Assembly: GCA_937874175.1 (NCBI GenBank)
Contig: CALNBJ010000039.1
Coordinates: forward strand, 143-64,142
Length of the DNA: 64,000 bases
Direction of reading: 5' to 3'
From: an uncultured Bacteroidales bacterium
GTDB lineage: Bacteria > Bacteroidota > Bacteroidia > Bacteroidales > P3
The notes under the pieces are model-generated. The model was not told the DNA's origin. It saw only the letters and a program-made list of their open reading frames with translations, and ran no database searches. Below are positions 46,102-55,126 of the stretch, piece after piece; the first letter of the stretch is position 1; each line of letters starts with the position of its first letter. The position numbers were made by a program, and so were the translations under genes.

Positions 46102-49100
46102 ATGAAAAAGTTATTATTAGTTTTGATATTCATTAGCTTTGGTTTTGGACTAAAAGCTCATGATTTTGCAGTTATGAATAGTGAGGGGAAATTGATTTAC
46201 TATAATATTTGTTCAAATACCGCTCCTTATTCTGTTATGGTTACATTTAAAGGCATTAGTCCATGGGATTATAACGGAGAATATTCTGGCATAATTAATA
46301 TTCCTTCAACAGTTACATTTAACAGTATAACTTATTCTGTTGATTCAATTAATGAAAGTTGTTTTGATAACTGCCCAGCAATGACCTTGATAAATATACC
46401 AAATAGCGTAAAGTCAATTGGTAGAAATGCTTTTAATGCATGCCATGGTCTCGTTTCAGTAAATCTTCCTGATAGCATTACATCAATTAAAGACAATACA
46501 TTTTCTTGGTGTAAAAGCTTAACTTCAATAAATATCCCTAACTCTGTTACTTCAATTGGTAATTCAGTATTTTATGGCGATAGCTCCTTAACTTCAATTA
46601 CTCTACCTACTTCTCTAAGAACAATGGGACAGAGTGTATTTAGTAATTGTGTAAGTTTAACATCTATTCTTCTCCCTGACTCCTTAGAGAGTATGGGAAT
46701 GTTGATATTTGAAAATTGTATAAATCTAAGCTCTGTCAATATTCCAAGTTCCTTAGACTCAATCCCCGATTATGCTTTTAGGGAATGTGCTAATATCGGC
46801 TCCATGATAATTCCAAATAATATAACCTATTTAGGAGGTTGGGCATTTATAAATTCCGGCATAACTCGAATAAGCATACCAAATAGCATTAATACAATTA
46901 AGTTTTATACTTTTGGAAATTGTTATCAATTAGATTCTGTCATCCTTCCGGGTTCCATTCAAACTATTGAAGATTATGCTTTCTTTAATTGCACTAATAT
47001 GCATAGCATTCAATTGCCTAATTCAATTAAAAGTATTGGAACCTCTGCCTTTCAGAATTGTTTACAATTAGGAAACATCACATTACCTAATAAGTTAAGA
47101 GTAATTAATAATTATACTTTTAGTGGTTGCAATAGTTTCACATCTGTGCAAATTCCAATTTCAGTTATATCAATAGGACATTATGCATTTAGTAATTTAA
47201 TGAATTTAACTACTGTTACAATTCCAAACTCAGTTACTTCAATTGGAAATAATGCTTTTAATAATTGTAATACTCTTTTATCAATCACCATCCCAAGTTC
47301 TGTAGTTTCTATTGGAACGTCAGCTTTTGAGGGTTGTAGTTCCCTTAGTTCAATAACCAATCTTTCGTTAACCCCTCAAGCAATAAATAGTAATACATTT
47401 AATCAAGTAAGCAAGTCAATTCCTTTATATGTTCCTTGTGGGTATGCTTCAGCCTACCAAACAGCAAACAATTGGAGTGCATTTACTAACATTCAAGCAA
47501 CACAACCAATTACTTTAAATATTAATGCTTCCATTTGTCCAAACCAAGTCTATACACAAAATGGATTTAATGCAGACTCCAATGGCATATACACAAGAAA
47601 CTTAACAGCTGTTGGAGGATGTGATAGTATAATCTATTTAATTCTTAAGATTAAGGAACCTGATACCACAAGAATAGACGCTTACATTTGTCAAGGTCAG
47701 ACATATAATTATAATGGTTTTAATGTAAATGCAACTGGAGAATATTATCAAACTATTCCTTCTTCATTAGGATGCGATAGCACTTTAGTACTAAACTTAG
47801 TTGTTCACCAACCCGACACCACAAGATTTTATGCCACTGTATGCCCTGGACATGGATACACTCAAAATGGATTCTTCACAGGAACACCAGGCATACACAC
47901 ACTTAATTTATATAATCAATATGGTTGCGATAGTATTCTTGTATTAAATTTAAGCCTTTATAATGCTGACACAACATATATTAATGCAAATATTTGTCAA
48001 GGCGAAACATATTCTCAAAATGGATTCTATGAAATGTGGCCTGGAACATATACCAGATCATTTTTTTCATCACATTGGTGCGATAGTGTAGTGGTATTAA
48101 ATTTAGCAGTAAATCCAAATTATCATACACAATATTACGAATCAATATGTCAAGGAGAAGTCTATAACCAATATGGCTTTAATTGCGACACAAGTGGAAC
48201 ATACATACATAATCATCAATCAATAAACGGATGTGATAGCATCACTACACTATACCTAATAGTTAATCCAAACACCAATTCAACAATAACTGACACAATA
48301 TGTGAAGGAGAGCAATACTTCTTTTATAATATATTTCCCGATTCAACAGGAGTTTACATACATGAATATCAAAATCAATATGGATGCCTTAGCATGGATA
48401 GCTTATATCTAACAGTAATAAACAAAACATACTCAAGCATAGACACAACAACATGTAATTCATATAATTTGAATGGAATTGAATATTACAGTTCTGGAAT
48501 TTATGAACAAACACTTGTAAATAGTGAAGGATGCGATAGCATAATAACACTTAATTTAAACATACCAGTAGCCGTTAAGCCAGAAATATGTATGGTAACA
48601 GTAAATCAAGAAAAGAGAAATGTTATAGTTTTCAATAAAGAAGAAGCAATAGAAGAATACTACATATTAAAAGAAGGAAACAGTGCAGGCCAATTTGAAA
48701 CCATTGCAACCCTACCAAGTGATGCACAATCTGTTTGGATTGACTCCAATTCTAATGCATCAACACGTTCCTATAGCTATCAAATTGCAGCAAAAGATAC
48801 ATGCCAACACCAACTTAACAGCAACAACACACACAAAACACTCCACCTAACCATTAATCAAGGACTAAACAATTCATGGAACCTAATATGGACACCATAC
48901 CAAGGAATAGAATATGGGACATATAACATATATAAAGGAAATTATTATAACCCCGATTCACTATACCTACTAACAACCATACCATCAAGCAACACCACAT
49001 ATTCAGACATAAACAATACAGAAAGCGATGTATATTATCAAATAGAGATAATAGTAAATAACCCGTGCAATATAACAAAAGCCCTAACCTCCATCCGTTC

Positions 49101-49395
49101 CAACATAGTATCAAATAACGAAATAGGGCTAACCAACATAGAAACACAAAACAAAATAACCCTCTATCCTAACCCAACAAATAATAAAACCCTTTTAACC
49201 ATTGAAGGAATAAAGAAAAATTCCGAGATAATGATATACGACATATTTGGAAGAATAATCAAAACCCAAACCATAAAACCAAACCAAAACCAAACAGAAA
49301 TAGACGTCAAAGACCTAACCCCAGGAACATACTACATAAAATGCAAAGACACAACAAATGGATATTCTACAACAAATAAATTAATAATACAATAA
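46102..49395 (+). CDS. BspA-like leucine-rich-repeat surface protein with tandem Cys-pair modules and a T9SS C-terminal sorting domain
   Basis: Signal peptide, then about 15 LRR_5-type repeats (IPNSVTSIGNNAFNNCNSLTSI). Seven modules of about 51 aa follow, then an FN3-like region. The C-terminal ITLYPNPTNNKTLLTIEG...YDIFGRII...LTPGTYYIKC (nt 49153-49392) is the T9SS CTD pattern. Confidence 0.8.
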   Translation: MKKLLLVLIFISFGFGLKAHDFAVMNSEGKLIYYNICSNTAPYSVMVTFKGISPWDYNGEYSGIINIPSTVTFNSITYSVDSINESCFDNCPAMTLINIPNSVKSIGRNAFNACHGLVSVNLPDSITSIKDNTFSWCKSLTSINIPNSVTSIGNSVFYGDSSLTSITLPTSLRTMGQSVFSNCVSLTSILLPDSLESMGMLIFENCINLSSVNIPSSLDSIPDYAFRECANIGSMIIPNNITYLGGWAFINSGITRISIPNSINTIKFYTFGNCYQLDSVILPGSIQTIEDYAFFNCTNMHSIQLPNSIKSIGTSAFQNCLQLGNITLPNKLRVINNYTFSGCNSFTSVQIPISVISIGHYAFSNLMNLTTVTIPNSVTSIGNNAFNNCNTLLSITIPSSVVSIGTSAFEGCSSLSSITNLSLTPQAINSNTFNQVSKSIPLYVPCGYASAYQTANNWSAFTNIQATQPITLNINASICPNQVYTQNGFNADSNGIYTRNLTAVGGCDSIIYLILKIKEPDTTRIDAYICQGQTYNYNGFNVNATGEYYQTIPSSLGCDSTLVLNLVVHQPDTTRFYATVCPGHGYTQNGFFTGTPGIHTLNLYNQYGCDSILVLNLSLYNADTTYINANICQGETYSQNGFYEMWPGTYTRSFFSSHWCDSVVVLNLAVNPNYHTQYYESICQGEVYNQYGFNCDTSGTYIHNHQSINGCDSITTLYLIVNPNTNSTITDTICEGEQYFFYNIFPDSTGVYIHEYQNQYGCLSMDSLYLTVINKTYSSIDTTTCNSYNLNGIEYYSSGIYEQTLVNSEGCDSIITLNLNIPVAVKPEICMVTVNQEKRNVIVFNKEEAIEEYYILKEGNSAGQFETIATLPSDAQSVWIDSNSNASTRSYSYQIAAKDTCQHQLNSNNTHKTLHLTINQGLNNSWNLIWTPYQGIEYGTYNIYKGNYYNPDSLYLLTTIPSSNTTYSDINNTESDVYYQIEIIVNNPCNITKALTSIRSNIVSNNEIGLTNIETQNKITLYPNPTNNKTLLTIEGIKKNSEIMIYDIFGRIIKTQTIKPNQNQTEIDVKDLTPGTYYIKCKDTTNGYSTTNKLIIQ
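47533..48567 (+). repeat. seven tandem coding repeats of about 51 aa (ICxGxxYxxNGF...G.Y......GCDS...L.L.V)
   Basis: Read directly from the translation. Examples: ICQGQTYNYNGFNVNATGEYYQTIPSSLGCDSTLVLNLVVHQPDTT and ICQGETYSQNGFYEMWPGTYTRSFFSSHWCDSVVVLNLAVNPN. Confidence 0.85.
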
Positions 49396-49451
49396 AGGGA
49401 AAGTGTCTTGTACTTTAATCCTTTATCTATTCTGTTCTAAACTTAGTATTT

Positions 49452-50114
49452 TTATTTGTTGTCGTTGATGTTGATTATTAATTGTTTGTTTTTAACTTTA
49501 TTGGTATTATAAAATAGGGTTAGTATATTGTTTTTTAATGTCATTTTACTAAATAAATATTCTGGAATAAGAGAATAGTTTAAATTGTCTTTAAATGGAA
49601 ATTCTAATGTTTTATCATTATTTATATTGTAAACAATAATATTATCATAATTTTCAGAGAAATAAACTACAAAATTATATTTGTATTCATTATCATCATC
49701 CAGATTAATATCTTTATCAATACAAATGAGTTGATTAAATTCTTTTAGTGTTTTACCATTATTTTTATCTATTAGTTTATACATACAAGGACCATTTGCA
49801 GGACAACCATAACGGAAAAGTAAGCTGTTTTGAAATTCTTTTATTAAGTGAAAACCTATTCTATAAGTGTATGCAAAAATATCTACGTCAACATCGTTTA
49901 TTATATACTTTTCATTTTTATCATTTTCAAGAGTAAGCCAAATGCTATCACAATTATATTGCCAATAAAGAAATGATTTATTATTAAAAACTATAGTATC
50001 GCAAGAAGTTGTTGAATTATTCATATATTTATTATTATCACAAAAGCATTGAACCTTTTGTCCAAATGTTTGGATAGCATAAAGTAGTAATATTATTGTA
50101 AATAGTCTTTTCAT
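49452..50114 (-). CDS. hypothetical secreted Cys-containing protein
   Basis: 220 aa with a signal peptide (LLLYAIQTFGQ), Asn/Lys-rich. No recognisable motif. Confidence 0.45.
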   Translation of the reverse strand: MKRLFTIILLLYAIQTFGQKVQCFCDNNKYMNNSTTSCDTIVFNNKSFLYWQYNCDSIWLTLENDKNEKYIINDVDVDIFAYTYRIGFHLIKEFQNSLLFRYGCPANGPCMYKLIDKNNGKTLKEFNQLICIDKDINLDDDNEYKYNFVVYFSENYDNIIVYNINNDKTLEFPFKDNLNYSLIPEYLFSKMTLKNNILTLFYNTNKVKNKQLIININDNK

Positions 50115-50210
50115 GTTAATTGAAACCTTTTTTTGTCGTGTGGGATTTGAAACCCATTTTGAAAGTAATCCCTTTTCTATTGTTATGTTGTGTGTTAAAT
50201 TAACAACTAA

Positions 50211-50918
50211 CTAAAACGAAATACTTGCATTTAAACCTATAGTTTGAGCTGTTTGATTATTTATATGTAAAATATTGTAATCAGGCGAAAAAGACAAGTA
50301 TTTATTATTACCTAAATTAATATCAACAAGAGCAGAGTTTCTATTCCTCATATTTATTTTATTTGCACTTTTATGAGCATCTACCATCCCAACAATCCAA
50401 CAAACCAAAGAACTAACACACGCTGCTCCAAGAAAATATTCATAATTATCAGTAGGATAATATATTTGGTAGTAAAGTATTGATAAATTAACTGTTTCCC
50501 ATAAAAAGAATCCTATACCTTTTCCAGTTTGATTATTATAAAACTGACCACCTCCAGGAAACAATAAAGACATAAAAGTTGCTATCCCTGCATTTCTATA
50601 AGGTAATGTAGGTTGATATTCATAAACTTGGTAATTTGAGTTATTTTGTTCTTCCTTTTGCCCTACATTAACTTTTTCTACTTTTGGCTCTGAGTTGATT
50701 GTATTGTGACTTATGCTATTTATGTCACTTTTAGGAATTGAATATGTTACTTCAGCATTTCTAATATCAATAAATGATTTGCTTTGTTTTACTATTTTGC
50801 CTGTGTAAACGGAACCATCCTTTAAAACAATACTATCTTGAGTAATGTTTTGAGCACATAGGGTTTGTGCTGAAAATAACAAAAACCCTGCAAATAAAAC
50901 TAATAATACTTTTCTCAT
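50211..50918 (-). CDS. hypothetical membrane protein
   Basis: 235 aa with a signal peptide. A central FMSLLFPGGGQFYNNQTGKGIGFFLWE membrane segment resembles the short TM hairpins of DUF5683/TM2-like proteins. Confidence 0.45.
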   Translation of the reverse strand: MRKVLLVLFAGFLLFSAQTLCAQNITQDSIVLKDGSVYTGKIVKQSKSFIDIRNAEVTYSIPKSDINSISHNTINSEPKVEKVNVGQKEEQNNSNYQVYEYQPTLPYRNAGIATFMSLLFPGGGQFYNNQTGKGIGFFLWETVNLSILYYQIYYPTDNYEYFLGAACVSSLVCWIVGMVDAHKSANKINMRNRNSALVDINLGNNKYLSFSPDYNILHINNQTAQTIGLNASISF

Positions 50919-50963
50919 AATTTTAAGTTGTTAAGTTGATATATTATTTTTTGTTCTTTTTGA

Positions 50964-51026
50964 CTTGTTATTTTGTGCGGTATTTGCAATGCCTCACTTA
51001 ATTATTATTAGGATATGTTATCCTTT
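50964..51026 (+). repeat. left copy of the imperfect direct repeat flanking the R-M island
   Basis: CTTGTTATTTTGTGCGGTATTTGCAATGCCTCACTTAATTATTATTAGGATATGTTATCCTTT. The last 23 bp are identical to 54528-54550. Confidence 0.85.
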
Positions 51027-51945
51027 ATTTAATAGCTTGTTTAATCAAACTCATTATATATTCCAAATCATCATCATTCTTTACAATTACTTGATAATCT
51101 CCATTTCCCCAATGTCCTACACTTGAAATATCTCTCATTAATCCTTTTGGATCATCTAATTGACCTTTATTAACATTGACATATAGTTTTAGTTGCTTGG
51201 CTTGAATTTCAATATCACTAATATTCCCATTATTAAACTTAAAACCAATGTATAACTTTCTATATACGATTTCAATACCTTCTCTTAAATTCAAAATAGC
51301 ATTCTTAAACTTTTCATACAATTCAATTATCTCATCTGACTTACCTTGCAAATGGTCTTCTTCGCTATAAACCTTTATCTCTTTAGAAATTTCCTGATAA
51401 GTATTATTCTTTTCTAAGATAGGTTTAATTGATGGAGCTGATTTTGATTTGCCAATATTATTAATTGAAATAGTATTATTGCTATATCTCTTTACTTCCC
51501 AAAGCTCAATGGCAAAATCCTTGAAATTAGTAGCTTGAATTTGGTTTTCAGTAAAATCAGAACTAACAAAAACAACTCTCGACTGCGACCAATCAATTTT
51601 ATTCCTTGAAAGATTGTTTTTCATATTCTCATTATACTCCAATACAAAGTCAGCTTTATAATTAAGCATAAGATTTAAATAAGTAATACCTTGATCGAAA
51701 ACAGAATTGTTTTTATCTCTCTTGTATTCAACAATCACAAAAGAATTACTTTGCCTATCAAAAGCCAAGGTATCAATTCTCTTATCCTTAATAGTAAACT
51801 CCGATTTAACCATTTCCAAACCCATAATCACACCTAAGTTATCCTCAAAAACCTTTTGCATTTCTCTTTCCAACTTAAAAGGCTTTTCAATAATGATTTC
51901 CGCTTTATTATTAGCTTCTAATTTGTATAATGTTATTTTGCTCAT
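51025..51945 (-). CDS. NucS/DUF91-like PD-(D/E)xK N-domain protein with a DUF5655-like C-terminus
   Basis: 306 aa. Contains KRIDTLAFDRQSNSFVIVEYKRDK (D-x9/14-E-x-K). Located beside an R-M operon. Confidence 0.5.
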   Translation of the reverse strand: MSKITLYKLEANNKAEIIIEKPFKLEREMQKVFEDNLGVIMGLEMVKSEFTIKDKRIDTLAFDRQSNSFVIVEYKRDKNNSVFDQGITYLNLMLNYKADFVLEYNENMKNNLSRNKIDWSQSRVVFVSSDFTENQIQATNFKDFAIELWEVKRYSNNTISINNIGKSKSAPSIKPILEKNNTYQEISKEIKVYSEEDHLQGKSDEIIELYEKFKNAILNLREGIEIVYRKLYIGFKFNNGNISDIEIQAKQLKLYVNVNKGQLDDPKGLMRDISSVGHWGNGDYQVIVKNDDDLEYIMSLIKQAIK

Positions 51946-51992
51946 GATTTGATTAATTTTTTTTATTCTCTACTTAGAGTATGCAATATTGA

Positions 51993-52871
51993 TTAAAAAG
52001 GCAATTCAATGTTGTAGTTTAAAATTTCTTCTTCAACCTTAGAAACATATTTGTTACTATTCAACTTAACGCTCTTTATCTTATTTCTGTATAAGTTAAA
52101 AGTATTTTCTCTTTCAATTTCAGTTTTTCTTTTAATGCTTAAATCTAAAAACTCTCTTTCTTTTTCTATTCCCAAAAATCTCCTGTTAAAAAGATTGGCA
52201 GCGATTCCAGTTGTGCTACTTCCTGAAAACGGATCAAGCACCCAAGCATTTGGTTTTGTACTGGCTAAGATTATTCTTGTTAAAAGTGATAAAGGTTTTT
52301 GTGTTGGATGTTTTCCATAGGTCTTTTCCCAAGAGGCAATTGCAGGCAAATTCCAAACATCTTTCATCTGTTTACCTTCATTACTTTCTTTCATTAAATC
52401 ATAATCAAAATAATGAGGGACTTTTTCATTTTTTCTTGCCCAAATAATAAATTCAGTTGAATGAGTAAAATACCTACAAGAAATATTAGGAGGTGGATTT
52501 GTTTTTGCCCAAGTAATTACATTTAATATTTTATATCCAAGCTTTGTTAGTTGATGAGCAACAGAAAATATATTATGATATGTTCCACTTATCCAAATAG
52601 TACCATCTTCTTTTAACTTATCTCTGCAAGCAGAAAGCCATTTTAAGTTGAACTCATTAATAAACTCCTCACCATAACTTCTATCCCATTCCCCTTTATT
52701 AACACTTACAACCTTACCGCTCTGAACACTAATACCATCATTAGAAAGAAAATAAGGAGGGTCAGCAAATATCATATCGAACTTAAACTCAAACTGAGGC
52801 AAAAGCTCCATACAATCCCCTTCCAAAAGAGTGAAATTCTTATCTTGTGATTTATAGAAAGGATTAATCAT
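51993..52871 (-). CDS. beta-class (N4/N6) DNA methyltransferase
   Basis: Motif IV FADPPYFLS comes before motif I DPFSGSSTTG, which is the beta-class order. 292 aa. Confidence 0.85.
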   Translation of the reverse strand: MINPFYKSQDKNFTLLEGDCMELLPQFEFKFDMIFADPPYFLSNDGISVQSGKVVSVNKGEWDRSYGEEFINEFNLKWLSACRDKLKEDGTIWISGTYHNIFSVAHQLTKLGYKILNVITWAKTNPPPNISCRYFTHSTEFIIWARKNEKVPHYFDYDLMKESNEGKQMKDVWNLPAIASWEKTYGKHPTQKPLSLLTRIILASTKPNAWVLDPFSGSSTTGIAANLFNRRFLGIEKEREFLDLSIKRKTEIERENTFNLYRNKIKSVKLNSNKYVSKVEEEILNYNIELPF

Positions 52872-53391
52872 TTTCAGGAATAGGTAATCCTAATTTATAG
52901 AGAGGTATGAAATTAAAATAATATTGACAATTAACGCTATGAATATAATCTAATACATCTTTATATCTTATATCTCGAAACCAGTCATTAAGTATATAAA
53001 CATATTCAACATCTATATTTGCTTTTGAAAGCAATTTCTGATATTGTTTCCTTTTAAAATCGCATGTTTGTAATTTTTCATCAACAGAACCAGCAACTTG
53101 TTGATACTTACATTCGATGATAAATAATGTATTTTTAATTATTACATATATACATGAATCAGGTAATAGCTTTTTTGAGATATAATCTTTCCAATTAATA
53201 CCTAATTCAGTAAGATAGGTATATAATCCATTCTTTTTAAAAACTCTCGCAACTTCCTCTTCTTTGTAATAAACTATCCCATTAGTTACTTTATAGTTTT
53301 TTTGATTATTGAGGAAAGTTTCAAGGTCAACATTCCCTTCGTAAATAAGTCCTGTTTTTGTTTTATCTCCACCAATACCGTCTTTTATCAT
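52864..53391 (-). CDS. candidate small type II restriction endonuclease (PD-(D/E)xK)
   Basis: 175 aa. Contains LLPDSCIYVIIKNTLFIIECKYQ (PD-x14-E-x-K). It is sandwiched between two MTase genes, and its 3' end overlaps the start of the downstream (beta-class) MTase by 8 nt. Confidence 0.5.
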   Translation of the reverse strand: MIKDGIGGDKTKTGLIYEGNVDLETFLNNQKNYKVTNGIVYYKEEEVARVFKKNGLYTYLTELGINWKDYISKKLLPDSCIYVIIKNTLFIIECKYQQVAGSVDEKLQTCDFKRKQYQKLLSKANIDVEYVYILNDWFRDIRYKDVLDYIHSVNCQYYFNFIPLYKLGLPIPEND

Positions 53392-53411
53392 ATTTTTGTT
53401 TGTATTTTAAA

Positions 53412-54380
53412 TTATATATTAGCGTAATAAAATATTTTGTTTTCGGCTACAAATTGATAATCAATTTCTATTAGTTTATTATCAATATAATTTCTTATTA
53501 GTAATTCAGATAGTTTACCTCTTTTTTGAGAGTTAGAATTAATTGAACGTGAAGCCCAAACCCTTTCAATCTTATATTTTGAATATAAATCGTCAAAGAA
53601 ACTATCCTTTGGATTAGCTGCTTTGCAATCCGAATTGCTAAGTATTAAGTAATGCCCTTTAGTAGTAATTTTATCACAAAACGATTTTAATCTAATTTGC
53701 TCATTATCATTAAAAGGTTCTTTTGCATAAGAATTAAAACTCGAAGTAGTATTTAAAGGTCTATATGGAGGATCAAAATAGAATATTGAGTTTAAATCTG
53801 AATAATTAAGAGTATTCTCAAAATCTGTATTTAGAATTTCAACCCTTTGAAGCAATTTACTATCCTTTAATATTGTTGGCTCATCACATATCTTTGGATT
53901 AGCATATTTACCAAAAGGAACATTAAATAAACCTTTGCTGTTTACTCTATATAAACCATTAAAACATGTTCTATTTAGAAAAATAAACAATGAAGCATTT
54001 TCAATTTCAGGTAATTGCTTAGTATTGTATAAATCCCTTTTTTCTAAGAAGTATTCTTTTCTTTTTTCTTCATTCAATGCCAAATACTCTAATTCAATTT
54101 CTTTTAATCTATTGATTAATTTATTTGGGTTATCTCTAACAGTCTTGTAAGCAATAATTAAATCCTTGTTAATATCATTAATTATAGCTTTCTTAATGTT
54201 CTGAAATTTTTCAAGCATATAGAACAACATCGCACCACCACCAACAAAGGGTTCAATATAAGTAACTTCTTTACCCATAAATAGTCTTTTTGGAAGAGCA
54301 GAATCAATTTGTGATAGAAGTTGACCTTTACCTCCTACCCATTTAACAAATGGTTTAGCTTGTTTTTCTGTTTTCTCCAT
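53412..54380 (-). CDS. Dam-like (alpha-class, D12 family) N6-adenine DNA methyltransferase
   Basis: FVKWVGGKGQLL, EPFVGGGAM (motif I) and FYFDPPYRPL (motif IV). Confidence 0.85.
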   Translation of the reverse strand: MEKTEKQAKPFVKWVGGKGQLLSQIDSALPKRLFMGKEVTYIEPFVGGGAMLFYMLEKFQNIKKAIINDINKDLIIAYKTVRDNPNKLINRLKEIELEYLALNEEKRKEYFLEKRDLYNTKQLPEIENASLFIFLNRTCFNGLYRVNSKGLFNVPFGKYANPKICDEPTILKDSKLLQRVEILNTDFENTLNYSDLNSIFYFDPPYRPLNTTSSFNSYAKEPFNDNEQIRLKSFCDKITTKGHYLILSNSDCKAANPKDSFFDDLYSKYKIERVWASRSINSNSQKRGKLSELLIRNYIDNKLIEIDYQFVAENKIFYYANI

Positions 54381-54397
54381 TATAGTTTATTTAGATA

Positions 54398-54405
54398 CAA
54401 AGATA
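54398..54405 (-). promoter_or_regulatory. -7 box (TATCTTTG on the minus strand) for the R-M operon
   Basis: The plus strand reads CAAAGATA, 18 nt upstream of the ATG at 54380. It lies inside the repeat-bounded island. Confidence 0.45.
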
Positions 54406-54492
54406 ATAATAATTCATCTTACAAAGCTACTAAAAACTTTTAAATTGTAATTTTTAAATTTTAAATTAATCAAGCAAATCCTGATGATGTTT

Positions 54493-54550
54493 CTTGTTTT
54501 GCGGTATTTATAATGCCGCACTTATTTATTATTAGGATATGTTATCCTTT
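54493..54550 (+). repeat. right copy of the imperfect direct repeat flanking the R-M island
   Basis: CTTGTTTTGCGGTATTTATAATGCCGCACTTATTTATTATTAGGATATGTTATCCTTT. Confidence 0.85.
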
Positions 54551-54846
54551 GAATTATTGTTTTAAATGAAGTTACAGATTAAAAATCTTTATAGGAATAC
54601 AGTGCGAGAGTCGGAAATCCCGCACTACGGAGAATATTTTAATAGTATATTACTACCAAAACTCCTTAAAAGTTGCATTTATAAGTTGAACTTAGGCAAT
54701 AAAACAATAGATAAAATTCATTAGATAGAGTATCTGATAAGAAGTCCTTATTTTTTTGAAATTATATAGGGAATAATTCTTCCTAAACGGCGAATAAATC
54801 TACTAACTCCTTATAAAAAACTTTTTAAATGAAGACTTTTTACCCC

Positions 54847-54908
54847 AAAGATGCACATCTTTCATACCAAAAGATGCACATCTTTCACTATAAAAGATGT
54901 GCATCTTT
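54847..54908. repeat. phased palindrome array, locus 6 (3 units, exact 23-bp period)
   Basis: AAAGATGCACATCTTT at 54847 and 54870; AAAGATGTGCATCTTT at 54893. Confidence 0.9.
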
Positions 54909-55126
54909 TTTTTTCTAAAATTTATTGGGGGATTTTTGATTAAATCTCTAAAAACTCTGTCTTAAGATTTTATATTTGCAAATATAGTAAATTTTTCTTG
55001 ATTATCAATGAAGAAAATTGGAATTTTTAGTTTTTAAATTTTAATTTGGGAATGAGTTTTATACTTGCTCCTTTTTTTATCTTCTTTTTTGTCCACGAAT
55101 TTACCGAATTTACACTAATTTTTTTA

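Noticed and set aside
54604-54632. GC-rich hairpin AGTGCG-AGAGTCGGAAATCC-CGCACT, considered as a tRNA 3'-fragment or att remnant near the R-M island.
   Set aside because: The T-arm-like segment does not fold as a tRNA T stem-loop. It has no match to the tRNA-Ser in the window. A 6-bp stem alone is weak evidence.
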